64,000 nucleotides of DNA from Octopus sinensis (Eukaryota): the NCBI RefSeq assembly GCF_006345805.1, contig NW_021832590.1, forward strand, positions 186,001 through 250,000, read 5' to 3'. Numbering within the stretch: position 1 is the stretch's first letter; each line of letters begins with the position of its first letter. The notes under the pieces were generated by a model, which had not been told where the DNA came from, searched no databases, and was given only the letters and a program-made list of their open reading frames with translations. Positions 50,600 through 64,000 of the stretch are shown in pieces. A program made the position numbers and the translations under genes.

Positions 50600-51290
50600 T
50601 AACTAATTAGGTGATCCCTGTCTTCAACAACAGCCGGACTCTCCTTACATGATCTTCTGATGACCCAACCGTATCCCGGAAACGCCTTCTCTTTCTTCTG
50701 CAGAGGAACTCAATCGGAGTGCATTTCTTTATAACCGACCGAAATTCCTCTGCATGGGCCATTTTTTCCTTGAATGGATTTCCCAGTTACTTGCAGAAAC
50801 GTAGGAAACCCTGTCCATTCTTCTGCGTCGCCTCCTCGGAAACAAGGCTGCCAACTGAGGTGTCAGTGTGGAACATAATCTTCCTTCTGAGCGAGTTCAA
50901 ACGTTCCGCTTTCGAACAAGCAATTGCAAACCTCCAGGCTGAGCAGGCATAGTCAACCGTCGGGGCAATCACTTGTTGGTAGACCTTGCTGACACAATCT
51001 TTCAGGGGAAGGGACTCTTCTTTAACAGCGCTTTCAAGACGTTACACTTCCGAAGACTTTTAGCTAGAACCTCCTCCACGTGACTTGAGAACGTCATTAA
51101 GAAGTCGCAAAACTACGCCAAGAATCTTCTGGGTACGCGAAGAGGGAATAGGTTTGTCTCCAATGAATAGTTCCGGTACATTCTTGAATCTTCTGTCAGT
51201 AGTGAAGAGGGTGAACTGGGATTTAGATGCAGACACACACAACATATTTTCAGATAGCCAAGTCTCTTCTATCAACAGGATTTAATGTCT
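50600..51290 (-). mobile_element. I/Jockey-like LINE 3' fragment
   Basis: SASKSQFTLFT, QKILGVVL and VYQQVIAPTVDYACSAW. Confidence 0.65.
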
Positions 51291-52648
51291 TTCGTTGGAA
51301 AAAAAGTTTTTTAATCCCACTGTATTTTAACCACTTGGTGCATTCCCCAATTCTGGACAGTTTTTAGAGAACTTGGCCGAACGAAAAAAACGTAGAGATA
51401 TTGAATTATTCTGCCTTTATGGAGTAGATTAAATTATGTTTTTATATTATACTGGACTTATTTAAGACACGATATCTTTATTTAACCTAAAAAAAACTGG
51501 GAGTTAACTCAGGAAATTATAAACTTTCGATTTACTGGTGATTCTGAACAGTTAATTTGGATTATTCTGATTCTAAAAACGAGATTTTCCATTTCTTTGA
51601 GTATTTGTATCCGATTCGTCAAATAAAATTATCTCATTTAAATTCTTCTGTTTTCAATAATCTGCTCTTTTAAAACAGAATCATTGCTTAACATCGATTC
51701 AAGCATCGAGAGGGGCTTTTTTTCTTTTGGTTGCCTTTTTGAGTCGACTTCCTCAATTCGGCGATTGTTTGGACCAATTTGTTTCACATCTGCCCAGAAT
51801 TATTTTCGATAAGTTCGTCATTGTTTGAATTGACTACTTGGTGTTTGATTTAAAATATTTATTTCAATAAACTCAATTTTTCCAAAGTCATTTTACATGT
51901 TCCTGTAATGACAGCATTTTTATTTCATTTGCAATAAAATTCTTTGTTTCCAATTGATGACGACACGATTGTACGTATTTTATGACATTATAAAAAGTAT
52001 ATTGCTGTTTCTACAATTTATAAATGATTACAAACTCTGAATCGTCCATAGAAAGTGGTTGTTCATTTTTACAGAATTGGAACAGCTTTTCCCCTTCGAG
52101 AAACCTAATTTCATTTAAATGGACTACTAATTCGAGAATAGCAGTAAATTAAAATATTTTGAAAATAGGAATCTGAAATTCAAATATCAAAAAACGAGAC
52201 AAATTTATTGTAGGAACAGTCACATCTCACATTTAGTCAAACAATCAAAAGCAGGAACAAAAATCGAAAGTTACATTCTACAAATATGAAAAAACGTGTT
52301 CAAAATAATGACGTTTTTTCACAAGAAAGCACCAAAAAGTATGTTTATTTGATTTATGACTAAAAGAACTACTCCTGTGCTCTACACACAAGTTTCCGTC
52401 ATAGGGAACAGTGTCAGTTTATTAAAAAAGTGAATTGAGGATAATTATGTTAGGGATTCGTTGGCAGAAGAGCTTAAGTTACTAAAATCTACAATTCTTC
52501 CAAAATATGCAAATTTGATGTTTTATGGACAGGCCTCAAAACCGTGAGTAGTTTTTGTGTTAGTCCTAGAGTTGCAAAAAATGGAAGAACTCAGAAAGTC
52601 AATTAAAATTACTTTTAAATAAAAACTAATTATATAAAATTAACTTAG

Positions 52649-53442
<794 letters not shown>

Positions 53443-53512
53443 GGATTAATATTTATTTCCTGTTTTATCTTAATAAATATTTAAATAATTAGTGCTGTTT
53501 GGTTGTTTGTGG

Positions 53513-54055
53513 ATGAAGTCGTTTTTATTTTCTTCCTTACTTAAGTATGAGTGGGAGGAAGTAGTGGCTGGCTTCTATCGACGGTATCCCAACCCGTATA
53601 GTGGTCATGTCCTCAGCGAGGATATTGTGGAACAGAAGGTAGAGGATGGCAAACTAAGAATTACAAAATTAATAACAAAAGTCGGCACAATGCCTAAATG
53701 GATTTCTTTCTTGATGAAGGGGTCTCACAAAACACTTGTTCTTGAGAAATCAACAGTGGACGTCATTTCTCGTACTTTAAACACATCTACTCACAACATT
53801 GGAACTCTCACAAAATTGGCTTCAGTCGAAGAGAACTGTTCGTATTTTGAGGGAGATGATGGTACCACAGTAGTCCGGAAAAAGTTGTCCGTTTCTCCCA
53901 AACTGAAGGCTCTGACTTCTCCCATTGTCCATTTTGTTGTCGACAAGTATAAAGAGAGTTCTCATAGGGCACTTTTGGGTATCCAACATGTTTTGGAACG
54001 CGTTAATTCTGACAATATTTACAGAGCCGCACGTTTTTCTAAACTTATCCATTGA
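53513..54055 (+). CDS. PRELID1: PRELI/Ups1-family mitochondrial lipid-transfer protein, intronless
   Basis: MKSF...WEEVVAGFYRRYPNPYSGHVLSED...KLITK..MPKW. Confidence 0.88.
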   Translation: MKSFLFSSLLKYEWEEVVAGFYRRYPNPYSGHVLSEDIVEQKVEDGKLRITKLITKVGTMPKWISFLMKGSHKTLVLEKSTVDVISRTLNTSTHNIGTLTKLASVEENCSYFEGDDGTTVVRKKLSVSPKLKALTSPIVHFVVDKYKESSHRALLGIQHVLERVNSDNIYRAARFSKLIH

Positions 54056-54123
54056 TTTTTGGTTTTTTAATAATTTCTTAATTGAGTGATTTAAATATAA
54101 AATTGTATCTTTGACAACAAATA

Positions 54124-56591
54124 ATGGCACTCTCTGCGCCTAGCATTGTCCCTCTTCGACTGCCGACAGAAAATAAATTCACAATCAACCAGGATACTAA
54201 AATAGAAATATTTGGAAGTATTGTCATTCCTAATTGAACAGCACCACAATCGGCCACGTTTTACTATACCACAAACGGAGAGAGTCCTTCCCCTAATAAT
54301 AAATGTGGCATTCTTTTCAAAAAACCCTTTTCACTTAAACCAGGAAAAATTACGATCAAAGCAATAGCTGTCGATGGGTCAAATTAGCTGTTTAAATTCC
54401 AGAGATCGGCAGAGTCCTGTGACAGCAAAAACGTTTATGGTTAATAAAGTTCCTGGAAAACTAGTTCCTCGGTGCTCAAATAAAATGGAAAGGTCAAATT
54501 CACACGAGGCCGATCGACTAATTTTTGAAGCTTTAAAAGGACGAAATGCTTTTGACGAAATTAAAAAAAACGAAAAAATAATTTACGGTAAAACCTTAAT
54601 TTTTAGTCAGCCAGATATTCAAAATCGAGACAAAAAAACTCTTTTTGATAAAAAGGAGACGAAAGAAGATGTGATCACAGGAGTGGAGGCAGTCGACGAC
54701 GAATATATCGCCACAGAATATAAACAAGGGAAGGAAATAACCAGCCAAATAAAGTTACCTTTATAATGATCACTCAAGATGTGCTCATTGCTTCCATCCA
54801 CGCAAATTCAACGACAGTTCAAGTTTTTGTTGCAATTGTGGAAACAAACTCAAAGCCTTTGTTCAAGTCTCTCGTCAACCAGATTTTACAAAAGTTAAGA
54901 AATCGAGCAATAAATAGATGGCTCACTGTGTCAGCTGCAAATCATTTGTCCCACAGAATTTGAGTTCATGTCTTGTCTGTGATGAACCCCTGGTCCAACT
55001 AGCAACCAGAAAACCGCCAATCGAGTCAAACAACGGGAGAATCTGTCTTGAATGTGGGCAGGCAAATTTGGCAGAAGCACAAATCTGCAGTGAATGTGGC
55101 TGTTCTTTGATCAAAAGTTATATCGGGGTTATTCTATCACTCATTCGTAGGGAGGATATCTACAGGCTGCCAGCAAGGAGGCTTTAGATTGTTCTCAACT
55201 GTTCGACAAAGTGAGAATATGCAGCAAATGTGGACGGACGTGCGTAGAGAATTCTCGTTTTTGTGATTGGTGTGGACTGACTGTATAAATTGAGTTGCCA
55301 AAAACTCAGTTGCCGACCGCGGCCGAAACCCTTTGCTGCACTCAATGTGGTTGTACAAACCCGACCAGTGCTTCTTTCTGCTGTCTCTGTGGGACCCTTC
55401 TGACCCCTCCACCCATTTCTTTCCCCTGGTAAGGAATAACTTGTTTATATACGTAGGAAGCAAACAAGTCACCAAAAAACTGTCATGTCACATATTTAGG
55501 ATTTTTTAGATGGACAAGACAGTCAAGTCAGTAATGACTGAGGTCCCTCGAGGGAACGTAGGCACACAGACCATCGGACTATACTACCCTTCACAGAAAG
55601 AGATAAGAGACTCAATGATTCGAACACTGTCTCCTCCGCGACGTCAAATTCTGGGGGCATATAGTCCAGGAAAAGGTTATTTTATAATCATGACGGACAG
55701 GATTTTGGAGACAACAACTCGATCATATTTTTGCTCTTGTTCGACATCACTGCCAACAAACCCAATCCGTGAGACAGGATATTTCGTATGCTCAAATAGG
55801 CAAAGTTTCTTACTAGAGTGTTCATTTTAGTTGCTGGAACTGAAGCTACATGAGGGACTGGACGAGGAAATGATACTCACAATTAAATTGGCTACTAAAT
55901 GTGGAGTATATGAAAACAAATTTCTCTCAAATGTGAATATTGACTCGTTCGTGAGTGATGAGGATGAATGTAAATTTACTCTTCTATTTCCTAGGCGATT
56001 CACTTTTTAGTTATCAAAGTACAATCATCAAGCCTAAGCCTGTCGAGAAAGAGAAGACTAAAAAACCTCCGAAAGTTAATTTATTTATTATTTAACTTAG
56101 CCACGTCTGTCGCTCAATTCTCAATTATTGAAAGAAATATGTCGCCCAGGAAAAGATTGTTCTCAAATTTTACGACTCCTGGATGAAGGAGCTAGTGCTA
56201 CGTGTAAAACGAAAGACGGGGTCCCTGCACTCTTCCTGTCTGTTAAAAAACAAAGATCCGATTTGATCAAAATTTTATTGGAAAGTGGAGAGGACATCAA
56301 TCGACGAATGCCTTCGTAAAAATTGAGTTAAATTTTTCAGAACGGGAACACAGTTTTGCACTACACTGTCTACGGTGGTGATAAAACAATTCCAATTGTA
56401 GAAGAGCTATTAGAGTGATAGTAGTTTGTATGATTAGTAGATGTGGGGCTGACCCTTTGATGAAGAACAAGCGTGGGGATTCTCCATATGAGATCGCAGT
56501 CAGACACAAGTTCGCATTAATTAGTGAAAGACTATTACTCGCACAAGAACAGACTGCTGTGGAAGGGGAATTTGATAAATATTTAAATTGA
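54124..56591 (+). CDS. DZANK1: Double zinc ribbon and ankyrin repeat protein 1; many micro-introns
   Basis: SIVPLRLP...FYYTTNGESP...GKITIKAIAV..DRQSPVTAKTF, repeated CxxC ribbons, VGTQTIGLYYP and C-terminal ankyrin repeats. Confidence 0.85.
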
Positions 56592-57149
56592 TCTTATTAG
56601 TCAAATAATTTGTCTCCTTTTTAAATTCTACCACAGAAACGTAGTCGCCTTACGTCTCAAATCAACAGGTTTTAGAATAGCAGAAACAGAGTGCGGTTTA
56701 TGATATAAGAAAATTCTAGGAGGGAGATATTTTGGGGTTTCCTGAGGATCTCAGTTGCAAAGATATTGAGTTATATAGTAAAACGATCGCAAATGCATAT
56801 TTCTAAATTATATTGGAAAAGGACATCCTTATGCTATATGTCCTACTATTATTAAAATATAATTGATATTCTCAATCCAATTTCCAACAAATGAGACTTC
56901 AGAGTGTTCTTCCGGGAGTCGGTTGAAGTATAAAGTACAGTATTATGATTTAAGCAGTAGCTATATTTTTTTATTATTAAAAAAACATTAGTAGATTATA
57001 AATTTTATACCAAATTAAATCTACTAGGAAAATAAGAGAACAATACAAATTAATTTAAAAACTCTATAACATTATTTGATTAATTTTATTATATGTTAAC
57101 TTGTTTATTAATTATAAATAATAAAATAATTTAAACGTGATTTTAAGTG

Positions 57150-59379
57150 ATGGATACAACTAACACTTTATTTATTCAAAATCTGCCATACAGTACAAAG
57201 AGTGAGGATCTAAAAAAAATATTCGAACCACATGGGAATCTCCTCTCCTGTTTTGTCGTATTCGATAAAGGTTAACAATTCAGTCAACAATTTTTAGAAA
57301 ACAAGCTTTCGAAAGGAATTGGATATGTAAAGTACTCAAACAGCGCTGAATGTCAATTAGCCATCAAAAAAGTAAAAAAAATCGACGATCGAAGAATAAC
57401 AATAACTCAAGCACAAAACAAACCAAAGAAAAAAAGTTTTAAATTAATCTCTCACAAAAATAGATTCTTTTTTGGAAACTTTACGAGTCCGTCCTCAGTT
57501 GGCCAGGAAATGCCTTATTTTGACCGGAATTTCAGTCTCAAATTATTCCCTTGGCACTGGAAAAGTCGTCGTTTCTCTGGAAAGCAGTGGATTTGCTTAA
57601 TTTCATTTCCTAACAAAGCAACCGCCTTGAAGCACGTACCCTTATATAAAAAATGTAACACTTGGTTTTTTGTATAGTAGTCGCTGATACAGTTGAATTG
57701 TATTATAAACATAAGCTGTACGGGAATATAAGATCTTTAAAGACTTTTAGACTGATTGTTCATAATTTGTCATTTCAGGTAGCTCATTTTGTCAATTTAG
57801 GCCTCTCATCGTGATTTGTTTAAAGTTTTTAAAAAATGTGGGGAGATTGTGGAGATTTCAATCCCTTCAGATGGTCAGAATTGTCTATTAATAGTTTCAG
57901 GGGTCAAAAAATCAGCAGGATTTGGGTTTGTGCAATTTACTGATTCAGAATCTGCAGAATTGGCCATAAAAAATATAAACGGCACTAAAATTAAAGGTTT
58001 TTTGACAAATAATTTTCAAAGGGAGAATCGTGGCTGTGGATTACTGTCTTTCCAGAGACCAGTACAAAGCACAGCAAACCGAAAAGGAGGAGGTTCATAT
58101 GACAGAAGAAGAAGGCTCAGTTTCCGCGGAAACCAACGAAGTCCCGGACACGGAGGATGGCAGGACTGTGTTTTTGAAGAATGTGGGATTCGACGTGTTG
58201 AGCGAGGATTTAAACAAGTCTTTAATTGGTCAAGTTGGGAAGACTTTATATACACGTTGTGTCCTTAGAGGTACTCATTGGATGGTATTATTGGCAGATG
58301 GCAGATGTAAAGGCACTGCATTTGTAAAGTTCAGAAGAGTGAAGGATGCTGAGAGGTGTTTGGAGCTGTCTCGGGTAGGTTTATAGTTGGAGTTGTAGAG
58401 TGGTCATTTACTGCACGAAGACAGACAGTTGGAAGCCGATTGGGCAGTGGAGAGGGATAAAATTGAGGACAAGTCAAAGGAGTCGAAAGTGGATAAATTG
58501 GATAAGCGGAATCTCTTTTTAGTCCGAGAAGGAAGTAGATATGGTGTTATAAGACGACAGTGATTAGAATGGGGACTCAGTTGGCCAAGGATATTCCTGC
58601 AAGTGATCTTAAGAAGAGACAGAAGGCAATTCAGTTGTAAAATAGGTTTAGTTGGAGGTGGCGAGGAGAACTAAGCTGAGAGACGATAAATACTTTGTGT
58701 CCCCAACTCGACTGACATTCCACAACCTGGGCAATAAGATAACAGACAAGGGATTGAAGGATATCATCCTGGAGAGAGTGGATGGGTGTAGGAAGACGCA
58801 GATCACCGAGGTATTGGTTATTAAGGAGGTTGTAGTGTCGGGTTATGAAGGACAAAGTGGGTGGAATCTCGTTGGGATACGCCTTTGTGGAGTTTAATGA
58901 GCATTCGGTCGCATTGGCAGTCCTCAGGGAGTTCAATAATAACCCTGATTGCTTTTCTGGAAGGGTACTGTCAACGGATTGAGTTTTAGAGAGCAATTGT
59001 GCAGTTTGCTGTTGAAAATAGACAAGTGTTGTTAGGGAAAGAGCGTCGATTAGCTAAATCTCGTGGGGAGAAAGTGGATGATAAGATTCTGGCCAATAAA
59101 ATGAAAGAAAAGATACTCGAGTCGAGTATTCCAGCCAAGCAGTTGATATGTGAAAATAACGGTGGAGAATATTAATTTATTGACAGGCAAGTTTGTGACT
59201 GGACTTCCTCGTCATTTGGGTCCGAAGATAAGACATTCGTTTAGGGACAGGAAGAGAATGAGGAAGAAGATGCTGAGAAGTTCTGCCATGAAGACCAATA
59301 TCATTCGCAGGAGGGTAAAAATGTGTTTTTTATTTGATAGGTTAATTGTAAAGTGGGTTCTAAGCAGTCGAAAGAGTAG
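57150..59379 (+). CDS. RBM28: RNA-binding protein 28 / Nop4 (multi-RRM nucleolar protein)
   Basis: [91 protein letters not shown] and IVQFAVEN. The 3' exon is approximate. Confidence 0.9.
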
Positions 59380-59982
59380 ATGTTTTATTGAATATATTTT
59401 GTGTCCAATTAATCTAAATTGTTTGCATTTAATTACATGTTTTGAACCCGTGAATTGTGGCTTCATTTTGGTTGCGTTAGATTTTATTAGGCAAAATTAA
59501 GAAACATTCATCAAAAGTCATCCGATTTTGATTAAATCAAGGGTTTTCGGCTTATATGCAAGTGTTCTGTACGTTCGCTATATTTTGTAACATTGGTAAA
59601 TAATATACACTTTTTACAATCGTTTATAAAACAAAAAAATTGATTAGAAATATATCGTAATCTCAAAGATTTGAGTAACCGCGATATTTTAAACTCAAAT
59701 AGTAATTACCCACATTGATGGATATTTTCGGAATGACAAAATTAGAGGAATGGCTCATGTAGGGTTCTCTTTTTCAATTCCTTGGTTATGCTGACCAAAT
59801 TCCGCGAACATCCCATCTGTAGTTTTTTTAAAATAATCCAATTAAAAGTAACAAATTTAAATTATCGAAAACAATTTTTGAATATAAATCTACTTTTTTG
59901 ATAGTCCAACAAGGTTATTTAAAATTAGTAAATTAATAAAAATATTCATTGTTTCCATAGTTTCAAAAGCTTAGTTCAAGCG

Positions 59983-61771
59983 ATGCCTTTACAACCACTT
60001 TATCAATTTAAAATAAACGACCTCTTTCTTCAGTGGATCTCTCAAAAAGAAACACAAGATTTTTTACTCCTAAACCTGCAATGTATATCTCAGGACAAAG
60101 TTCCGAGTCCGTTACAGAGACGGCCGTATGCCAAATATCTTAAAAAACTTTCAAAAAGAAACCGCCCTGTCACGAAATCGGTTTGTATTACTGACTAAAC
60201 TACAGAAAAATAAAAAATCGAAAAAAGAATGCGTTTCTGCCGAGGGAAATAAAAATTCTAGTTTAACTGAAGCCAACCAAGTTGTCGATCAAATGATCAA
60301 AACTCCAGAAACAAATTCTTCTTTGGTCACAAATCAAATTTACTCACAGAAAAAGACAAAATTCGTCGATAAAAATGTCGAAGAATTCCCAGAAGTGCCT
60401 ACGGAAAGACATGAAGTTAAAGACGAGCAGAGTGCCCTAGAATCAACCATTTTGAAGATTTTTAACAAATACGAGGACAAAAAGTTAAAATTAGAGGATT
60501 TTAGTCAAGTCATGTGGGTTTGAGAGTAGTTTTCTATTACAGATATGTAAAATTCCACTTTACTTAAGAGTGCCTCTGTTTGAGTCCATATCTGAGGGAA
60601 GCACCACAAAATTTTCCGATTATATAACTCTTTGGCGAAGGTCCTTTCAATTTGCTCATTTCCAAGTCTTGAACCCTTCGATGGGCAACCTGACAAACTC
60701 ATCTTTAAAATATTAAGTGGAGGATCAGAGTACATAAAAGAAGACCGACTTGATGCTATGATTCAAGACGTCGTTGATACTCAACCAAAGCTACGACACC
60801 TAAAAGCTTCTCCCGAGTTCACAAAGCATACAAAGACACGGTACCAGCATATTTATGTAATCCAGGTTATTGAGAGGATGTTTATTCGAATGGCAAAGAC
60901 GTTGAGGAATGTGATCTCTTTTCCGGAGGCCAAAGCAGCAAAGTTGGCCAAAGTTTATGAATAATAATATTATTGCCAGGATATTGAGAACTTGCCGACA
61001 GAACTGCCTAATTATTTTGATTATAAAGCATTTTATGTCATTTACTGCATTTTCCGCGAGTTGGATAGTGACGGAGATGATTTGTTGAAGGAGCAAGATT
61101 TGGCTAGATACGACGACGGAGGTTGGTGAGTGTAATTGTCCCAGGACTCTCAAAGGGGATTCTCCGTGAGATCTTCAGCCAAAAAAACTTGTTTTCCAGT
61201 TGATTATTTTAAGAAAATCTTCTGAGGGAATTATGACTTATCGAGAATTCGTTCGTTTTATAATCTCAGAAGAAGACAAAAATGACAAAAGAAGGTATTC
61301 TGGACGTAAAATTGTGGTTCAGCATTGAATATTGGTTCGCTGTCTTGATGTAGAAGGAACTGGAGTCCTCGCATATTCCTCATTGAAAAATATGTACGAT
61401 GAACAAATGGAGAAAATGGACTTTATGGTTGGGGAGCAGAGGGAGTTTGACGACATATATTGGCAGGTCGAGGTCACCTCGATGTTTAGTGCTTTGATAT
61501 GATTCGACCTGCGAGTCAGTCTGGGTTTAGATTATCAGATTTGAAAAAGTCCAATTTGGCGAGAAATTTTATTAATACATTTGTCAATATCAACAAATTT
61601 ATGTCACAAGAGGAAATGTATATGGAGGTCTCAATTATATATATAATGTAGGAATATGGAGAATCCGATCCGTGGACGAGGTTCGTAGAGTGTCACTACA
61701 ATCAGTTGGCCGGGGAGTCCAATGAAGAACTCATTCAGCAGTTGAGTGACATTGATCCCCATTTTACTTAA
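59983..61771 (+). CDS. PPP2R3: PP2A regulatory subunit B'' (PR70/PR72, EF-hand)
   Basis: N-terminus LQPLYQFKINDLFLQWIS, FDYKAFYVIYCIFRELDSDGD, FIISEEDK, SIEYWFRCLDVEGTG and FINTFVNINKF. A 25-nt GT-AG intron links ORFs 59983-60198 and 60128-60523. Confidence 0.9.
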
Positions 61772-62439
61772 AATACTTTTTATAATATTCAGTATTTTAT
61801 AAACTATTTATACACAATCTCATTCAAACCATTCAAGAAAAAAATACTGTCCTTTATTTTCGTTTTATGTATGTTAATATCAATAATATTTAAAAGCATT
61901 GTGGGGATTTATAAATATTGAGAATCTGTATTCTTATAAAAGTTTCAACATCGAATCAAAATTAAAAACAAATCAATTTTTGTGAAACTGACAATTCCAT
62001 TTAATTAACACATTTTGCTATTTAGTTCTGAGAGACTCAGCGTTCTTAGCCTACATTTTGATATTGTTGAAATGCATTGAAGTAAGTTTACTTTTTATTT
62101 TAGTTTACATTGAAAAAGGCTATTTCTTTAATTCACAAAGAATTTTTTACCCTGCATCCAAAAAAATTATGTCAAAATAAATAAAATTATAAAATTACAA
62201 AACTCCTTTGTAAAATACGAGATACTTCCTCAAGAGATGGAAGACGCGACGGAAACGGTTGTTCTTGTTCTTGAAAGAGTTTTTTCCTCTCGAATCTTGA
62301 ATTAAATATAAGAAAGAGTTTAACTCATGTCTACTATTGGAATTGATGTTTAGAAGTTTTTCAAGGTACTAAATAACATAAATTAAACCATTAGAATTAA
62401 TAATAGCTTATTTTATGCAATTTTCTAAACAAAATTGTT

Positions 62440-63170
62440 TGAATCATGTACCAGGGCTCTTAAAGGTAATTAAATTGGCAAAGTTTTAGTTTTATTGACG
62501 ACCTGAAAATAGTTGCTCTCAAAGAAGATGTGCTAGTCCGAATTATGGAGGCTGTTAATAAATTTGTTGAAAGTGTTGGTTTAGAGATGAATTTAAAAAA
62601 ATCAGCATTTCGGAGGGGGGGGGGGAAACAGTCGATTACATAATTATTATATCGGGCTAATTAATATCGAACCATCCAAATTTAATAAAATTGACCAACA
62701 AGCATGCCGATTACTTACGACTCTCAAGTTACATCTCCAGCCTGCAAATTAGGAGAGGTTCTATTTGAACCGTAAGATGTTTGGACAGCACTTTCGTTCA
62801 AAGTCCTCTTTCGTTTAAGACCGAATTAATACTCTTCCAGTTTTTAAAAAGTTTGGAAAAACAGTCGACTATCTGTCTGGGAGGGTGAGTATTCCGCGAG
62901 TAATGCAAATAAAAAATGACACTTAGCGACAATTTCGGGATCATTTGACTTGAAATATGTAGTTGTCGGCTGGTTATTTGCAAGATAAGAATATTTTTAT
63001 ATACACGAGATCGCTATGCGTCCATTGCAAAAAAGCAGACAGTGATTATGTCCGAAGACATAATGAAGTAATAAATTGTATCAAGAGTTGTTCCCAAAAG
63101 ACCTTGGGGAGTGAACAGCAAGTTTTTTGCGGATGGGAAAAGACCAGAGCAGGAAAAAAATGATCAGTAG
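62440..63170 (+). mobile_element. Highly degenerate RLE-type LINE fragment
   Basis: CVHCKKA...DYVRRHNEVINCI (CCHC region of R2/NeSL-like elements). Confidence 0.45.
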
Positions 63171-63221
63171 AGTACTTGTCAACATAGCAAAAGCTACAGA
63201 AAGAAGAGATCAAATGGTTCA

Positions 63222-63440
63222 TTAGGTGAGGTAAAAGTTTAAAAAGTGGTAATAACCCAAGCAAAAAAAGGTAAGGTTGATCTGAGAAGAGCGCTCCAAA
63301 AGCAATTCGGGGGGATAAACTTCTGGTGGAAGTTTTTTGAGGACGGGGTTAGGCGTCAGTTTTAGGATGGACAAGGTAGAGATAAAATCGTGGATTTTTT
63401 TATAAACTGTGAACATTGGTTTAACCCGTTGATTTTAGCA
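63222..63440 (-). mobile_element. I-clade LINE 3' fragment, same family as 30118-30640
   Basis: KKIHDFISTLSILKLTPNPVL versus KKIHDLISTSAILQLTPNSVL. Confidence 0.65.
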
Positions 63441-63697
63441 AGGATCCTATTGTTTTGCAGAAGTGCTTTTCAGTGCACCTTAATTGAATTTTGTAAAGTT
63501 TTTTGTATTTTAATTTCCCCCAAAACGTTTTAGGCATCAAAAATATGACTTTTAGCTTTGTAAATTACCATTTGAACAGTCAAGAGTTATTGATTAAGTT
63601 GTTATTATCAAGTTGTTCAAATTTTTAATTTTTCCCTTTTTCCGCTATTTAACATTCATCACTTCAAGTTTTGGATAGTGTGTTTTCGAGCAAAAAA

Positions 63698-64000
63698 CTA
63701 ACGACCAATTTTTGTTATTTTCAACTGCCCGAAAAAATTCAGAGAATATTGCAGCTTACATTGAATCTCTTCAGAAGATTCAAGATTCTTGACTAAGCTA
63801 ATAACACAGGCGGAAATACAAACAGCTATGCAAAAGCTGAAAGCAACACAAATCCAGGAATTGATAGTATAATAGAAAACTTTTGAAATATTGGTCAACG
63901 TCACTAATGTATAAACTATGCAACATTTTAAATGATATAAATCCGGAACATGAGCACAATCTCGCTAGCACAAGGAATACTAAGACGAGAAAACGCCTGG
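63698..64000 (-). CDS. 3' end of a probable membrane-protein gene entering from beyond the window
   Basis: Two hydrophobic segments (FLVLVFLVLARL; WICVAFSFCIAVCISACVISL) separated by a GT-AG micro-intron-like stretch. Confidence 0.35.

Noticed and set aside
51400-52150. Possible minus-strand gene between the LINE fragment and RAB6
   Set aside because: Multiple stops not explained by splice sites, and no recognisable domain.
62615-62625. G11 homopolymer
   Set aside because: It is isolated within a decayed TE region and may be a sequencing artefact.

Overview
AT-rich DNA from a compact animal genome. It carries an NK2 homeobox gene, ELMO, DZANK1 and PHKG, and nearly every intron I traced is a 21-35 nt micro-intron, which fragments the six-frame ORF track. 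That architecture resembles what is reported for dicyemid mesozoans; the taxon is my inference, and other reduced parasitic animals are possible. I could reconstruct 14 host genes: PHKG, ATP5MG, NK2, ELMO, ZFPL1, PLA2G15, CAPZB, an SLC17 transporter, a C2H2 zinc-finger gene, RAB6, PRELID1, DZANK1, RBM28 and PPP2R3. They are interleaved with decayed and often nested transposons (CRE, RTE, I/Jockey-like and RLE LINEs; hAT, pogo, Tc1, MULE and Ginger-like integrases). Main observations: (1) DNA transposase and integrase genes carry host-sized micro-introns, one at the same position in two diverged Buster hATs; (2) two nested non-autonomous TGT...ACA elements with 5-bp TSDs, the outer one holding a telomere-like G-rich array, occur in a window that also has an intron-bearing Ginger-type integrase; (3) RAB6-PRELID1-DZANK1 are spaced 70 and 68 nt apart like an operon; (4) there is a GC-AG micro-intron and several stop-free 3n micro-introns; (5) a 71-bp copy of the NK2 coding tail has both CpGs changed to TpA. 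Family assignments come from recognised motifs; no database search was run.
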